DNA of 64,000 bases from contig JBHLNF010000003.1 of NCBI GenBank assembly GCA_048937405.1, positions 160,001 through 224,000 of the forward strand. The letters run 5' to 3'. Both the position numbers and the translations under genes were made by a program. The DNA comes from Promethearchaeota archaeon (GTDB taxonomy: Archaea; Asgardarchaeota; Lokiarchaeia; Sigyniarchaeales; SOKP01). A model generated the notes under the pieces. It searched no databases. It saw nothing but the letters and a program-made list of their open reading frames with translations, and was not told the DNA's origin. Shown one piece after another: positions 9,428 through 19,639 of this stretch (position 1 is its first letter; each line of letters starts with the position of its first letter).

Positions 9428-11335
9428 ATGGGGGATATGAATATTAAATTAAATAAATCTATTGAAAGATTTAAATACATTACAGAAAAATCGTTAATGG
9501 GTATAGCGATCCTGCAGGATGGTGTGTTTAGATATTTTAATGAGAAATTTATTGAAATTAATGGTTATTCTGCAGAGGAAATAAAAAGTTGGGCACCAAA
9601 TGAATTTTCAAAATTTATACATACTGAGGATCGGGCTTTTGTAATGGAACAAGCACGTAAAAAGCAAGTAGGAAACCCCGATGTTCTCAATCAATATAAA
9701 TTCAGAATAATACGAAAAGATGGGAAAATAAGATGGGTTGAAATTTTCTCTAAAACTATAAACTATGAAGGATATCCAGCGGATTTAGTAACAATCAATG
9801 ACATATCCGATAAAATCAATGCAGAAAAAGAATTAAAAGAATCAGAAGAAAAATATCGAAATATTCTTGAAAATATGCTGGAAGGATACTTTGAAACTGA
9901 TCTTCCTGGAAAATTACTTTATGCTAATGCTGAATTTTGTAAAATGTTAGGATTTTCAAAAGAAGAATTGATAGGAAAGGATAATCAAACATTTTATGAT
10001 AAAAAGTCAAGAGAAATTTTATCTGATATATTCAGACAGGTTTATAAAACAGGAATTCCTCGCCCACCATCAGGATTAGTTAAAGTAAGGACAATTAAGA
10101 ATAAACTTATTTATTTTGAGGGAATATTGGATTTATTATATGATTCTGAAGGCAAAAAAATTGGATTTTATGGTCTTGTCCGTGATGTAACAGAAAGGAA
10201 AATTGCCGAACAACAATTAAAAGAATCTGAAGAAAAATTTAGATATCTTGCAGATCATTCATTATTAGGGATAACTATACTACAAGATGGTGTATTTAAA
10301 TATTTTAATAAAAAAGTTGCTGAAACTTTTGGAGTGTCCGAAGAAGAGATTAAAAATTGGGGTCCTGGAGAATCAATAAAATTTATACATCCTGATGATC
10401 GTGACCTTGTAATGCGACAAGCATTTCAAGTACAAAGGGGTGAATGTGATGATGTATTTAACTATAAATATAGAATATTAAAGAAAGATGGAAAAATTGG
10501 ATGGCGTGAATCTTTCTCGAAATCAATAATTTATGAAGGTCGCCCAGCAGGTTTTGGAATTCATATTGATATTACAGAAAAGATCGAAGGTGAGCAGAAA
10601 TTAAAAGAATCTAAGGAAAAATATCTTCGAGCATATAATCAGGCAGAATTTTATAAAGATCTCTTTATCCACGATATAAATAATACTCTCCAGAGTCTTT
10701 ATTCCTCTATCCAATTAATCGATATAGACTTAGAAGACAGTAGAAAAAATAATTCTATTCAAGAACTCATCGATATTATATATAGACAGATTAATAGAGG
10801 TACAAAATTAGTTTCTAATGTTCGTAAATTATCTCAATTGGAAGAGCATGAAAATTCTCTCAGGAAAGTTGATGTTTTTGACGTTTTACATCGATCTATA
10901 AAATTTTTAAAGAATTTATTTCAAGATAGGAACATTCAAATTAAATGTGATACATTTAATAAGAAGATTTTGATACTTGGAAATGATCTCATTCAAGATG
11001 TATTTGAAAATATTTTGATTAACTCAGTTAGACATAATAATAATAGCATTGTAGAAATTATAATTAAAGCCTCAGAGGTAGTACAGAATAAAATTCCTTA
11101 TTATAGACTAGAGTTTATTGACAATGGCATTGGGATTGAGGATGAACGTAAGGAAAATGTGTTAACTCGTGCAGATCCTGATTCTAAAACTACATATGGA
11201 ATGGGATTGGGCTTATCTTTAGTCAAAAAAATTATTGATAATTATGACGGGAAAATCTGGATTGAAGATAAAGTTGAAGGGGACTATTCTAAGGGAACCA
11301 ATGTTATTTTATTAATACAAAAAGGCGATTCTTGA
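9428..11335 (+). CDS. PAS sensor histidine kinase (3 PAS)
   Basis: Three PAS modules; FIHDINN H-box and HATPase boxes. Confidence 0.92.
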   Translation: MGDMNIKLNKSIERFKYITEKSLMGIAILQDGVFRYFNEKFIEINGYSAEEIKSWAPNEFSKFIHTEDRAFVMEQARKKQVGNPDVLNQYKFRIIRKDGKIRWVEIFSKTINYEGYPADLVTINDISDKINAEKELKESEEKYRNILENMLEGYFETDLPGKLLYANAEFCKMLGFSKEELIGKDNQTFYDKKSREILSDIFRQVYKTGIPRPPSGLVKVRTIKNKLIYFEGILDLLYDSEGKKIGFYGLVRDVTERKIAEQQLKESEEKFRYLADHSLLGITILQDGVFKYFNKKVAETFGVSEEEIKNWGPGESIKFIHPDDRDLVMRQAFQVQRGECDDVFNYKYRILKKDGKIGWRESFSKSIIYEGRPAGFGIHIDITEKIEGEQKLKESKEKYLRAYNQAEFYKDLFIHDINNTLQSLYSSIQLIDIDLEDSRKNNSIQELIDIIYRQINRGTKLVSNVRKLSQLEEHENSLRKVDVFDVLHRSIKFLKNLFQDRNIQIKCDTFNKKILILGNDLIQDVFENILINSVRHNNNSIVEIIIKASEVVQNKIPYYRLEFIDNGIGIEDERKENVLTRADPDSKTTYGMGLGLSLVKKIIDNYDGKIWIEDKVEGDYSKGTNVILLIQKGDS

Positions 11336-11706
11336 TTACCATTTCAATTCTAATAGTTAATGATGATACAGATCTTCTATTTTTGTATCAAAAAATGATA
11401 GAACATATTGGTTTTGAGGTGGTGGGAATAGCTTTTAATGGAGAAAAAGCAGTAGAACTGTATAAATTATTTCAAAGAAAACCTGATATAATTCTGATGG
11501 ATCATCGGATGCCAAAGATAAAGGGTGTTGAGGTCACAAAAGAGATCTTAAATATAAGTAATCACTCTAAAATTATTTTTAAATGCGCAGATAAAAGTGT
11601 TGAAAAGGAAATCCTTTCAATTGGGGCTGTAAGTTCTTTAGAAAAACCCTTTAGTTTGGAAAGATTAAGGAAGAGTATTTTAAATGTTTCAAATTTAACT
11701 CAGTAA
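11332..11706 (+). CDS. CheY-like receiver with partly degenerate active site
   Basis: IVNDD instead of IVDDD and IFKCA instead of IFAS/TSA; LMDHRMP and KP retained; TTGA overlap with the kinase. Confidence 0.85.
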   Translation: MITISILIVNDDTDLLFLYQKMIEHIGFEVVGIAFNGEKAVELYKLFQRKPDIILMDHRMPKIKGVEVTKEILNISNHSKIIFKCADKSVEKEILSIGAVSSLEKPFSLERLRKSILNVSNLTQ

Positions 11707-11728
11707 ATACAATAGAAGAGAATATTCT

Positions 11729-12123
11729 TTATTTGTTTAAGTCTTTTATCCCTTGATGATTAGGACAGATTTTTCTACAAATATTATAGAATAATATCCA
11801 CACCCTGCAAGTAGAAACCGAAATTAAGATTTCTCTGCATCGTATTTGATCAATAGTTATTCCGTCTAAGACATTTTGAGTATGCTCATCAAGGCAAAGT
11901 GAAAATGTTGGAATACACCCCTGATAAGATGTTATTTGATCTACATTTAATACAAGAGAGGTCAGATCTGCACCTATCCATATCATATTTCCATACTTAT
12001 TATTTATAAGAAGGGTATTTTTACCAAGTTCTCATAAGCCATTAAGGATCCCAGCATATTTTAAAGAAATAATACCCCTTCCATGGGTCTTTTCTTCATC
12101 CCAATAACCATAATGATTACCGA
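11729..12123 (-). pseudogene. Decayed epoxyqueuosine-reductase-like (QueG-family) Fe-S protein, C-terminal part
   Basis: Same frame as ORF 11729..11986 extended upstream: HYGYWDEEKTHGRGIISLKYAGILNGL*ELGKNTLLINNKYGNMIWIGA...; in-frame TGA at 12032-12034 at a Gly position; ferredoxin Cys motifs eroded (CIPTFSLCLDEHT, YNICRKICP). Confidence 0.7.
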
Positions 12124-12411
12124 TTCAACTATATTTGCAAATATTATGGTTATTAGAAAATTAAACTGAAAAACATTATATTTAGGTATAATATGAAATT
12201 GTACTATTTTAAAAACCAGAAATACTTAAAATAGACTTTCTTTTCAATAAAGAAAAAATCCCGTAGCATGATCAGAGAACTTAAAAATGAACTCGGTACG
12301 AATTTCATAAAAAAATAAATGTAAAGAATAAGATAATAAAAGATAAAAAAAATTAGAATTTGTAATTATAATTTATTATTTGTAAAATATCTGTATTTAT
12401 CAGTATGATCT

Positions 12412-14118
12412 TCATTTACAATATTTCCCTCTATATTCAAATTTAAACGCACTACCATCAGAACCTATCATATATATATCACCATCTTCATTAACCGTTA
12501 TAGCCGAAGTTGCATCCCAAATTAATGGATGATGGTAATATGTTGTATGTTCAAGTGGAAGATTTGATGCAATTATGCTAATGCATAAATTCTCCATATT
12601 TACTTTAATAAGTTTTCTCATAGACGTATCAACAATGAGTAGATTCCCTCTATAATCCCAAGCAAGACCCTTAGGTTTTCCTGTATATCCACTAAGAAAA
12701 ACTTCTTTAAATCCACTTTTTATATCGATCTTTGTAATTCGCCCAGCAAGTGTTTCAGCCACGTAAATAACTCCATCTTTAATGACTAAATCCACTGGTC
12801 CAGCCAAATTTTCAGCTATAACTATTTTTTCCCCAGATGTAAGGTTAATTCCTATAACTTGTCCTGCACCATACTCTGCTATATATAACATTAGATTTTC
12901 CTCATCTAATTCCATACCAGCGGGACTTGAAAGAGAGTAAGCAACATAGCTCCAATCCTCAGCGATGTTAGGATTGACATTTACCACAATACCATCTATA
13001 AAATCGGCCGTAAAAAGATAATCTCCTAATCCATTTGTCATAGTTATAGGTAGGTGATAACCAGTAGTTGATAACCAAGCATTAGCCCATGTCTTATAGA
13101 GATTACCTTCTTCATCCATCCTTCTTATCATTATAGAATCGCAAAGGTAAATATTTTCATCTTTCACTACAATACTGGCTGCGGAGTTTATTCCCATCGG
13201 GAAGAGCGTAGTATATTCACCACTATCGGTATCAACTTTCCAGATCGTGCAATCGTGATAACTGCTAACATAGAGATTACCATCTGGCCCAAATGCAAGA
13301 TTATCCAGCCCTGGAAGTAATGTTGCCACTGTTTCTATGTTCAAACCATCGGGACTAACTCTTTTAACGGCACCAGTAGCTAATTCTACTGTATAAATAT
13401 ATCCATCAGGACCAATCTTCAGTGCTATAGGTGTGATTATACCCGTAGTCGTAAGATTTGTAACAACACCAGTATCCATATCAACCTCAACAATCCTCCA
13501 TGTACCAAAATCAGGGACAACGAGCTTATTATCCCTAATATCAAATCCTTCTGGTACCGCTAAATCAGCTGTGACTAAAGTTGGTGGAAGTTCACCTTTG
13601 GGGTCTAATTCCCATACACGATTACCCCAAAAACATTCAGTCATAAATAAGCGTCCTGTTTTTTCATCATAGCTGATTCCATTAGGACCACTTAAACCAC
13701 GCGCTATTACTTTTTTCATCCCTTTTGAATCAATCTTATATACTTCTCCAGTTATTGCACTAGTAGCATAGAAATTTCCTTTATCATCGACAGTAATATC
13801 ATCAGGGCAATATACACCATGATAGGGACCTACAAAATTCTTTACAAGAGGAGATCTCCCCCACCTTAGGCTAATTTTAGAAATAGTGTTAGCACTAGTT
13901 TGACATACATAAAGAGCACCATCTTTGTCAAAAATGAGTCCATTGCATCCTCTTAATGGGGTAGATTCGATTAAAGTTAATTCTCTATACATTCTGTCCT
14001 CAACAATTATTCCTCTACGAGAGGATTTAGTTGATGATGAAAAGACGCTAGTGGAAATTATTACTAGACTTGATGTGACTATTGCTAATAATAAAATTAT
14101 TTTTATTTTTTTTTTCAA
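12412..14118 (-). CDS. Secreted or membrane-anchored double beta-propeller protein (SMP-30/gluconolactonase/NHL-like)
   Basis: N-terminal Lys-rich plus hydrophobic signal; repeated PNGI/PEGF/PDDI/LDNLAFGPDGNLYV blade motifs. Confidence 0.75.
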   Translation of the reverse strand: MKKKIKIILLLAIVTSSLVIISTSVFSSSTKSSRRGIIVEDRMYRELTLIESTPLRGCNGLIFDKDGALYVCQTSANTISKISLRWGRSPLVKNFVGPYHGVYCPDDITVDDKGNFYATSAITGEVYKIDSKGMKKVIARGLSGPNGISYDEKTGRLFMTECFWGNRVWELDPKGELPPTLVTADLAVPEGFDIRDNKLVVPDFGTWRIVEVDMDTGVVTNLTTTGIITPIALKIGPDGYIYTVELATGAVKRVSPDGLNIETVATLLPGLDNLAFGPDGNLYVSSYHDCTIWKVDTDSGEYTTLFPMGINSAASIVVKDENIYLCDSIMIRRMDEEGNLYKTWANAWLSTTGYHLPITMTNGLGDYLFTADFIDGIVVNVNPNIAEDWSYVAYSLSSPAGMELDEENLMLYIAEYGAGQVIGINLTSGEKIVIAENLAGPVDLVIKDGVIYVAETLAGRITKIDIKSGFKEVFLSGYTGKPKGLAWDYRGNLLIVDTSMRKLIKVNMENLCISIIASNLPLEHTTYYHHPLIWDATSAITVNEDGDIYMIGSDGSAFKFEYRGKYCK

Positions 14119-14546
14119 AATTAAATTTCACCTATTCCAAATTTGTTAAAAATTGGCATTAAAAAATTGGACAAATTTATATAAATAACTTTACTTTTTT
14201 CTAAAAATAAATGATAAAAAGTGTAAATTACAGATTTCTTCACAGATAATCTTCAAGATTTTCGTATTGGTGAAATAATTTTTAGGCTAGGTCTCCTGAT
14301 AATTGAACTTTATGATTTAGGTTTTAAAATAAATTTCAATTAATTATTCTTTAGGTTATTAATTAAAGCTTAAATTCGATTAAATTTCTAATTTAAACAA
14401 TTATCATAAATTTTTCTAATGAGATTGAATACTTAATCATTAGTAATGGGTTGATATTCCCATGATTTTATCAAAAACTATTATTACAAATCCCTAATTA
14501 AATTAATATGATAAAAGAAAGAATACTTTGAGAATGGTTTATATCT

Positions 14547-15893
14547 ATGAAGAGAAAGAATGTTATTATTATTGGTGCTCTTGGTTTTGACTTTCACTTA
14601 TTTAACACAGTTTTTAAGGATAACGAAGAATATGACGTTGTTGCATTTACTATTGCGGGAGAACAAAACATAGGTACTACAGAAGAAACCCAAAGAAAAT
14701 TCCCTGCTGAGCTAGCAGGTAGATTATACCCAAATGGAATTCCGATGGTATCGGAAGAGAGATTAGAAGATTTGATAAAAAAATATCAAGTTGATGAAGT
14801 TGTTTTTGCCTATTCTGATGTATCTCATGAAGAAGTGATGCATAAAGCATCGAGAGCACTTGCAGCTGGAGCAAATTATCGCTTAATTTCAGGCAGATTT
14901 ACGCAACTTAAAGCAAATAAACCTGTAGTTGCTATTTGTGCAGTAAGAACTGGATGTGGAAAAAGTCAAGTTTCTAGAGCGACATATAGATATTTGAAGA
15001 GCAAGGGATATAAGGTTGTGGCAATTCGCGAACCAATGCCTTATGGTGATTTAATTCAACAAAATGTCATGAGATTTGAAAAATATGAGGATTTAGATAA
15101 ATACGACTGTACAATTGAAGAACGCGAGGAATATGAACCTTATATTGAACAGGGTTTAATTATTTATTCTGGTGTAAATTATGAAAAAATCATACGTGAA
15201 GCTGAAAAAGAAGCCGATGTGATTATTTTTGATGGTGGAAACAACGAAATTTCATTCTACATCCCTGATCTGTTATTTATTGTGGTAGATCCCTTAAGAC
15301 CAGGGCATGAAGTTTTATATCATCCTGGAGAAGTTAACGTTCGATATGCAGATGCGTTTGTCATTAATAAGATGAATAGTGCGAAAGCTGAAGATGTAAA
15401 GATTGTAGAAGATAATTTAAACGCTCTAAATCCAAATGCTACTAAAATTTTTACAAATTCAATTGTAACAGTTGAGAATAATATTGATCTAAACGGTAAA
15501 AAAGTAATTGTCGTTGAGGACGGTCCTACATTGACTCATGGCAATATGTCTATTGGAGCAGGATTTGTAGCAGCAATCAATAGCGGAGCAGAAATAATCG
15601 ATCCTAGACCTTATTTAACTGGAGCAATGAAATTAGTTTTCGAAGAATTTCCTCACATAACTCAAATCGTTCCAGCAATGGGCTATAATGAACAACAGAT
15701 TAAAGATATGGAAGAAACTTTAAATAAGGCTGAAGCTGAAATTGTTATCGATGGTAGTCCAATAAATCTTGAAAAATTAATAAAATGTAACAAACCAATT
15801 GTACGAGTCAATTACGATATCGAATCAATAAAAAGTCCAACAATAGAGCAAGTACTTGACAAGTTTATTGTTAAATGTCTAAAGAATTCTTAA
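14547..15893 (+). CDS. arcE: Arginine synthetase (ArcE)-like P-loop protein (family often annotated cyclic 2,3-diphosphoglycerate synthetase/GTPase)
   Basis: DFHLFN, ELAGRLYPNGIP, FAYSDVSHEEVMH, AVRTGCGKSQ P-loop, CTIEEREEYEP, DGGNN, EDGPTLTHG, PAMGY; OTC and carbamate kinase genes nearby. Confidence 0.8.
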   Translation: MKRKNVIIIGALGFDFHLFNTVFKDNEEYDVVAFTIAGEQNIGTTEETQRKFPAELAGRLYPNGIPMVSEERLEDLIKKYQVDEVVFAYSDVSHEEVMHKASRALAAGANYRLISGRFTQLKANKPVVAICAVRTGCGKSQVSRATYRYLKSKGYKVVAIREPMPYGDLIQQNVMRFEKYEDLDKYDCTIEEREEYEPYIEQGLIIYSGVNYEKIIREAEKEADVIIFDGGNNEISFYIPDLLFIVVDPLRPGHEVLYHPGEVNVRYADAFVINKMNSAKAEDVKIVEDNLNALNPNATKIFTNSIVTVENNIDLNGKKVIVVEDGPTLTHGNMSIGAGFVAAINSGAEIIDPRPYLTGAMKLVFEEFPHITQIVPAMGYNEQQIKDMEETLNKAEAEIVIDGSPINLEKLIKCNKPIVRVNYDIESIKSPTIEQVLDKFIVKCLKNS

Positions 15894-16080
15894 ATAATTA
15901 ATCTAAAATTTTTTTGAGATTAGGCTCTCTGTAAAATTTCTTAATCCTCAATCATATAACATAAAAAAATATTCTTATAAATAAAATCTAATATAATATT
16001 ATTAGCTATATTTATGCTATTTTTATTTTCATCTTTATTAAAAAAAGAGACTGCCTGAATTGTTTTAGGAGATTGTTAAC

Positions 16081-17232
16081 ATGGTATATAATCTAGATGA
16101 ATCTATGGAAACATTTAAAATAATTACAGAACAATCCCTCGTTGGAATAATCATAATACAGGATGGTCTATTTAAATATTTCAATGATAGACTCGTTGAA
16201 ACTACGGGATATTCAGCAGAGGAAATCAAAAGTTGGGCTCCTAATGAATTTGAGAAAACAATTTATCCTGAAGATCGGGAATTTATTATGGAAATGGCAC
16301 GCAAAAAACAAGCGGGTGATCCAAATGTTCCCCATCAATATTCATATAGAGCGATAAGAAAGAATGGAGAAGTCTATTGGGCTGAAGTTTTTTCAAAAAC
16401 TATAAATTATAAAGGGCGTCCAGCAGATTTTTTAATAGGGATTGAGATTACAGATAAAGTCAAAGCAGAACAAAAATTAATAGAAACTAAGGAAAAATAT
16501 CAAAAAGCGTACCATCAAGCAGAATTCTATAAAGATCTATTTATACATGATATAAATAATACTCTTCAGAGTCTTTATTCATCTATCCAATTACTCGATA
16601 TAGACTTAGAGAATATTAAAAAAGATAATGAGATCATAGAACTCATTAATATTATGTACAGACAGGTCAAAAGAGGTGTAAATTTAATCTCTAATGTTCG
16701 TAAACTATCTCAATTGGAAGATCATGAGATTTCAATTAGGGAAATAGATCTCCTTGAATTTTTAAAACGATCTATAGAATTTATAAAGAATTCATTTCAA
16801 GATAAGAAAATTCAAATCAAAATTGATGGATTTAACGAGAAGATCTTGGTAAAAGGTAATGAGTTACTTCAAGATGTATTCGAGAATATTCTTATCAACT
16901 CAGTGAGACATAATAACAATGATATCATAGAAATATTTATTAAAACATCAAGATTAAAAAAGGAAGAGAATGATTACTGCAAAATAGAATTTATTGATAA
17001 CGGAAACGGTATTGAGGACGTTCGGAAAGAAAAAGTCTTAGATCGGGTAGATCTTAATTTGAAAACAACATATGGGATGGGATTAGGGTTATCATTAGTC
17101 AAAAAAATAATTGAGAATTTTGGAGGAAAAATTTGGATTGAGGATAGAGTTAAAAATGATTACTCTAAGGGAACTAATGTAAATTTATTACTGCTAGAGT
17201 TACCTCTTCATAAACAAAATTTTTATAGTTGA
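16081..17232 (+). CDS. PAS sensor histidine kinase (1 PAS)
   Basis: Single PAS, FIHDINN, NSVRHN, DNGNGI, GMGLGL; paralog of the three upstream kinases. Confidence 0.92.
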   Translation: MVYNLDESMETFKIITEQSLVGIIIIQDGLFKYFNDRLVETTGYSAEEIKSWAPNEFEKTIYPEDREFIMEMARKKQAGDPNVPHQYSYRAIRKNGEVYWAEVFSKTINYKGRPADFLIGIEITDKVKAEQKLIETKEKYQKAYHQAEFYKDLFIHDINNTLQSLYSSIQLLDIDLENIKKDNEIIELINIMYRQVKRGVNLISNVRKLSQLEDHEISIREIDLLEFLKRSIEFIKNSFQDKKIQIKIDGFNEKILVKGNELLQDVFENILINSVRHNNNDIIEIFIKTSRLKKEENDYCKIEFIDNGNGIEDVRKEKVLDRVDLNLKTTYGMGLGLSLVKKIIENFGGKIWIEDRVKNDYSKGTNVNLLLLELPLHKQNFYS

Positions 17233-17263
17233 TGATGATACAGACTATATATTTTTGTATCAA
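17225..17263 (+). pseudogene. Remnant of the cognate receiver gene (5' fragment only)
   Basis: ata gtt gat gat gat aca gac tat ata ttt ttg tat caa = IVDDDTDYIFLYQ, matching IVDDDTDILFLYQ of 6285..6659; similarity then ends. Confidence 0.8.
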
Positions 17264-17421
17264 CTAAAAATGAATTTATCCTTATTGGTTATCTAATACC
17301 AAAGATTAAACTCGATGTGTGCGTTATTTAAATAATATTTAATTCTTAAGGCTCATTAAATCATCTATTGTTTAAAATGATGTTTTTAAATTAGTAATTA
17401 AGACTTAGTAGTGGGAAATTT

Positions 17422-19602
17422 ATGATTCTAGCAGAAATAAAATATGAAATCCAAGAAATCCGAAGAGGGTATGCAAATCGGACTTTATATATCAATCTTA
17501 CTAAAAATGAAATTTCTATAAAGCCTGTTTCTGAAGAAATGAAAGATAAATTTATTGGAGGAAAAGGTTTTGATTTATGGCTTATGTGGAACTCTCTTCC
17601 AAAAGATCGAATTGTAAAATGGGATGATCCTGAGAATGAAATTTGCATCTCTTCAGGTCCATGTGGAGGGAGTATTTTCTATCCTGGTTCTGGGAAATCA
17701 ATTGTAACTTCAATATCTCCTTTAACAGGTATAATTATAGATAGTAACGTAGGTGGTTATTTTGGACCATATCTTAAATTTTCTGGATTTGATGCAATTG
17801 AGATTCAAGGAAAAGCCAAAAACGATATAATCGTATATATTGATGGAATTCAAGGATTAATTCAAATAGAAGAAGTAGAAGATTCAGATGGATACTCAAA
17901 ATATTCACATGAACTCACTCAACAGTTAACAGAGAAATATGCTAAAGAGGATGCAGAAAAAAGACAAATTTCAGTTGTTAGTAGTGGTCCTGCAGCCAAA
18001 CATTCGAAGTGGGGGATGTTAAATTTTTCTTGGTATACGCCATTGCGTAATCATGCTTCTGTTAAGCAAGCAGGGAGAGGTGGAATAGGGACTGTCTTTA
18101 GTAATAAAAAAATAAGAGCACTAGTATGTCGTTCTCCTAAAGTATCAATAAAATCAAACAATCCCGCAGATTTAGAAACCGCCCGAGAATTAGGAAAAAC
18201 TCATAGTAAAGATATTATGGAAGTCGATCCTTCACAGAATGAAATGAGGAGAGTTGGAACTGGTTATTTACCAGAGATAATGAATGTTGTTGATCTACTT
18301 CCAACTGAAAACTTCAGGTACGGCTCTCATAAAGAAATAAAAGATAAAAATATAGCTTATAATCGTGAAGCAATGCGTAAAGTTTATCACATAGGAGAAG
18401 GAACGGATGGATGTTGGATTGGATGCACCATGAGTTGTTCACATTATACAACTGGTCATGAAGTTTTAACAGGTCCTTTTAAAGGTCAAGTAGTAATTGT
18501 AGACGGCCCAGAATATGAAACTATAGCTGGATGTGGATCAAATTGGGGAGTATGGGATGTAAAATGGATTCTTGAAATAAATTTTTATTGCGATACTTAT
18601 GGATTAGACACCATTTCTGTAGGGACTGGCATTGCTTTTGTTATGGAATGCTATGAACAAGGTATTTTAAACAAAGAAATCACGGGAGATCTTGAACTTA
18701 AATTTGGAAATGTTGATGCTGCTTTAGAGTTAATACATCAAATGGCACGAGGAGATGGTTTTGGTGTAATTGTAGGAAAAGGTATCAGGGAAATGAAAAA
18801 ATATTTTGCAGAAAACTATGGTGCTGATCCTCAATTTCTACATGATATTGGAATGGAGCATAAGGGATTAGAATTTTCAGAATATATGACAAAGGAATCA
18901 CTCGCTCAGCAAGGAGGATATGGTTTAGCTCTTAAAGGACCACAACACGACGAAGCATGGTTGATATTTGAGGATATGGTAAGAAACACAATTCCAACAT
19001 TTGAAGATAAAGCTAAAGCGTTACTCTGGTTTCCTTTATTTCGTACGTGGTTTTCTTTAAATGGACTTTGTAAACTCCCTTGGAATGATGCTATTGGTCC
19101 TCAAAATAAAGAGCTTCCAATAAAAGATCCAGAAACAGGTGAGTTACTTCAAGCTCGAGTCCCTTATCATGTTGAATGGTATGCTAAATATTTTTCAGCT
19201 GTTACTGGAAAAAACTCAAATCCAGATGATCTAATCATTATGTCTGAAAGAATATACAATTTTCAGAGAATTTTTAATATACGATTAGGGCAAGGTTTAC
19301 GTGAAGGTGATTCAAATCTTCCCTATAGAGCAATGGGTCCCGTGACACCTTTAGAATATGAAAGTCGTCAAGAAAGATATGATACCCAACTCAAGGAATT
19401 GGGTATTGATATTTCTAATAAGACTACTAAAGAAAAGATTAAAATTCTTAGAAATCATCGTGAAGAACAGTATTTAAAACTTCAAGATGCAGTTTATAAA
19501 GAACGTGGATGGAATGAGAAAGGTTCCCCAACTATTAAAAAAATTAAGGAATTGGGAATTGACTATAAAGATGTCATAAAATTCATAAAACCTCATCAAT
19601 GA
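17422..19602 (+). CDS. aor: Tungsten-dependent aldehyde:ferredoxin oxidoreductase family protein
   Basis: FIGGKG, SPLTG, DSNVGGYFG, GFDAIEIQGK, AGRGGIGTV, CWIGCTMSC, DGPEYET, CDTYGLDTIS. Confidence 0.9.
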   Translation: MILAEIKYEIQEIRRGYANRTLYINLTKNEISIKPVSEEMKDKFIGGKGFDLWLMWNSLPKDRIVKWDDPENEICISSGPCGGSIFYPGSGKSIVTSISPLTGIIIDSNVGGYFGPYLKFSGFDAIEIQGKAKNDIIVYIDGIQGLIQIEEVEDSDGYSKYSHELTQQLTEKYAKEDAEKRQISVVSSGPAAKHSKWGMLNFSWYTPLRNHASVKQAGRGGIGTVFSNKKIRALVCRSPKVSIKSNNPADLETARELGKTHSKDIMEVDPSQNEMRRVGTGYLPEIMNVVDLLPTENFRYGSHKEIKDKNIAYNREAMRKVYHIGEGTDGCWIGCTMSCSHYTTGHEVLTGPFKGQVVIVDGPEYETIAGCGSNWGVWDVKWILEINFYCDTYGLDTISVGTGIAFVMECYEQGILNKEITGDLELKFGNVDAALELIHQMARGDGFGVIVGKGIREMKKYFAENYGADPQFLHDIGMEHKGLEFSEYMTKESLAQQGGYGLALKGPQHDEAWLIFEDMVRNTIPTFEDKAKALLWFPLFRTWFSLNGLCKLPWNDAIGPQNKELPIKDPETGELLQARVPYHVEWYAKYFSAVTGKNSNPDDLIIMSERIYNFQRIFNIRLGQGLREGDSNLPYRAMGPVTPLEYESRQERYDTQLKELGIDISNKTTKEKIKILRNHREEQYLKLQDAVYKERGWNEKGSPTIKKIKELGIDYKDVIKFIKPHQ

Positions 19603-19639
19603 ATAATCTTATTCGTAATTATTTTAGACTTGACTATAA

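Noticed and set aside
12032-12034. In-frame TGA as possible selenocysteine (Lokiarchaeia are known to use Sec)
   Set aside because: It falls at a Gly position (GLGxLGKN; GGA to TGA), the surrounding Cys motifs are eroded and the 5' part of the gene is missing, so this is pseudogene decay
14547-15893. Annotation as cyclic 2,3-diphosphoglycerate synthetase
   Set aside because: No 2-phosphoglycerate kinase nearby; the motifs and the OTC/carbamate kinase/OAT context favour arginine synthetase
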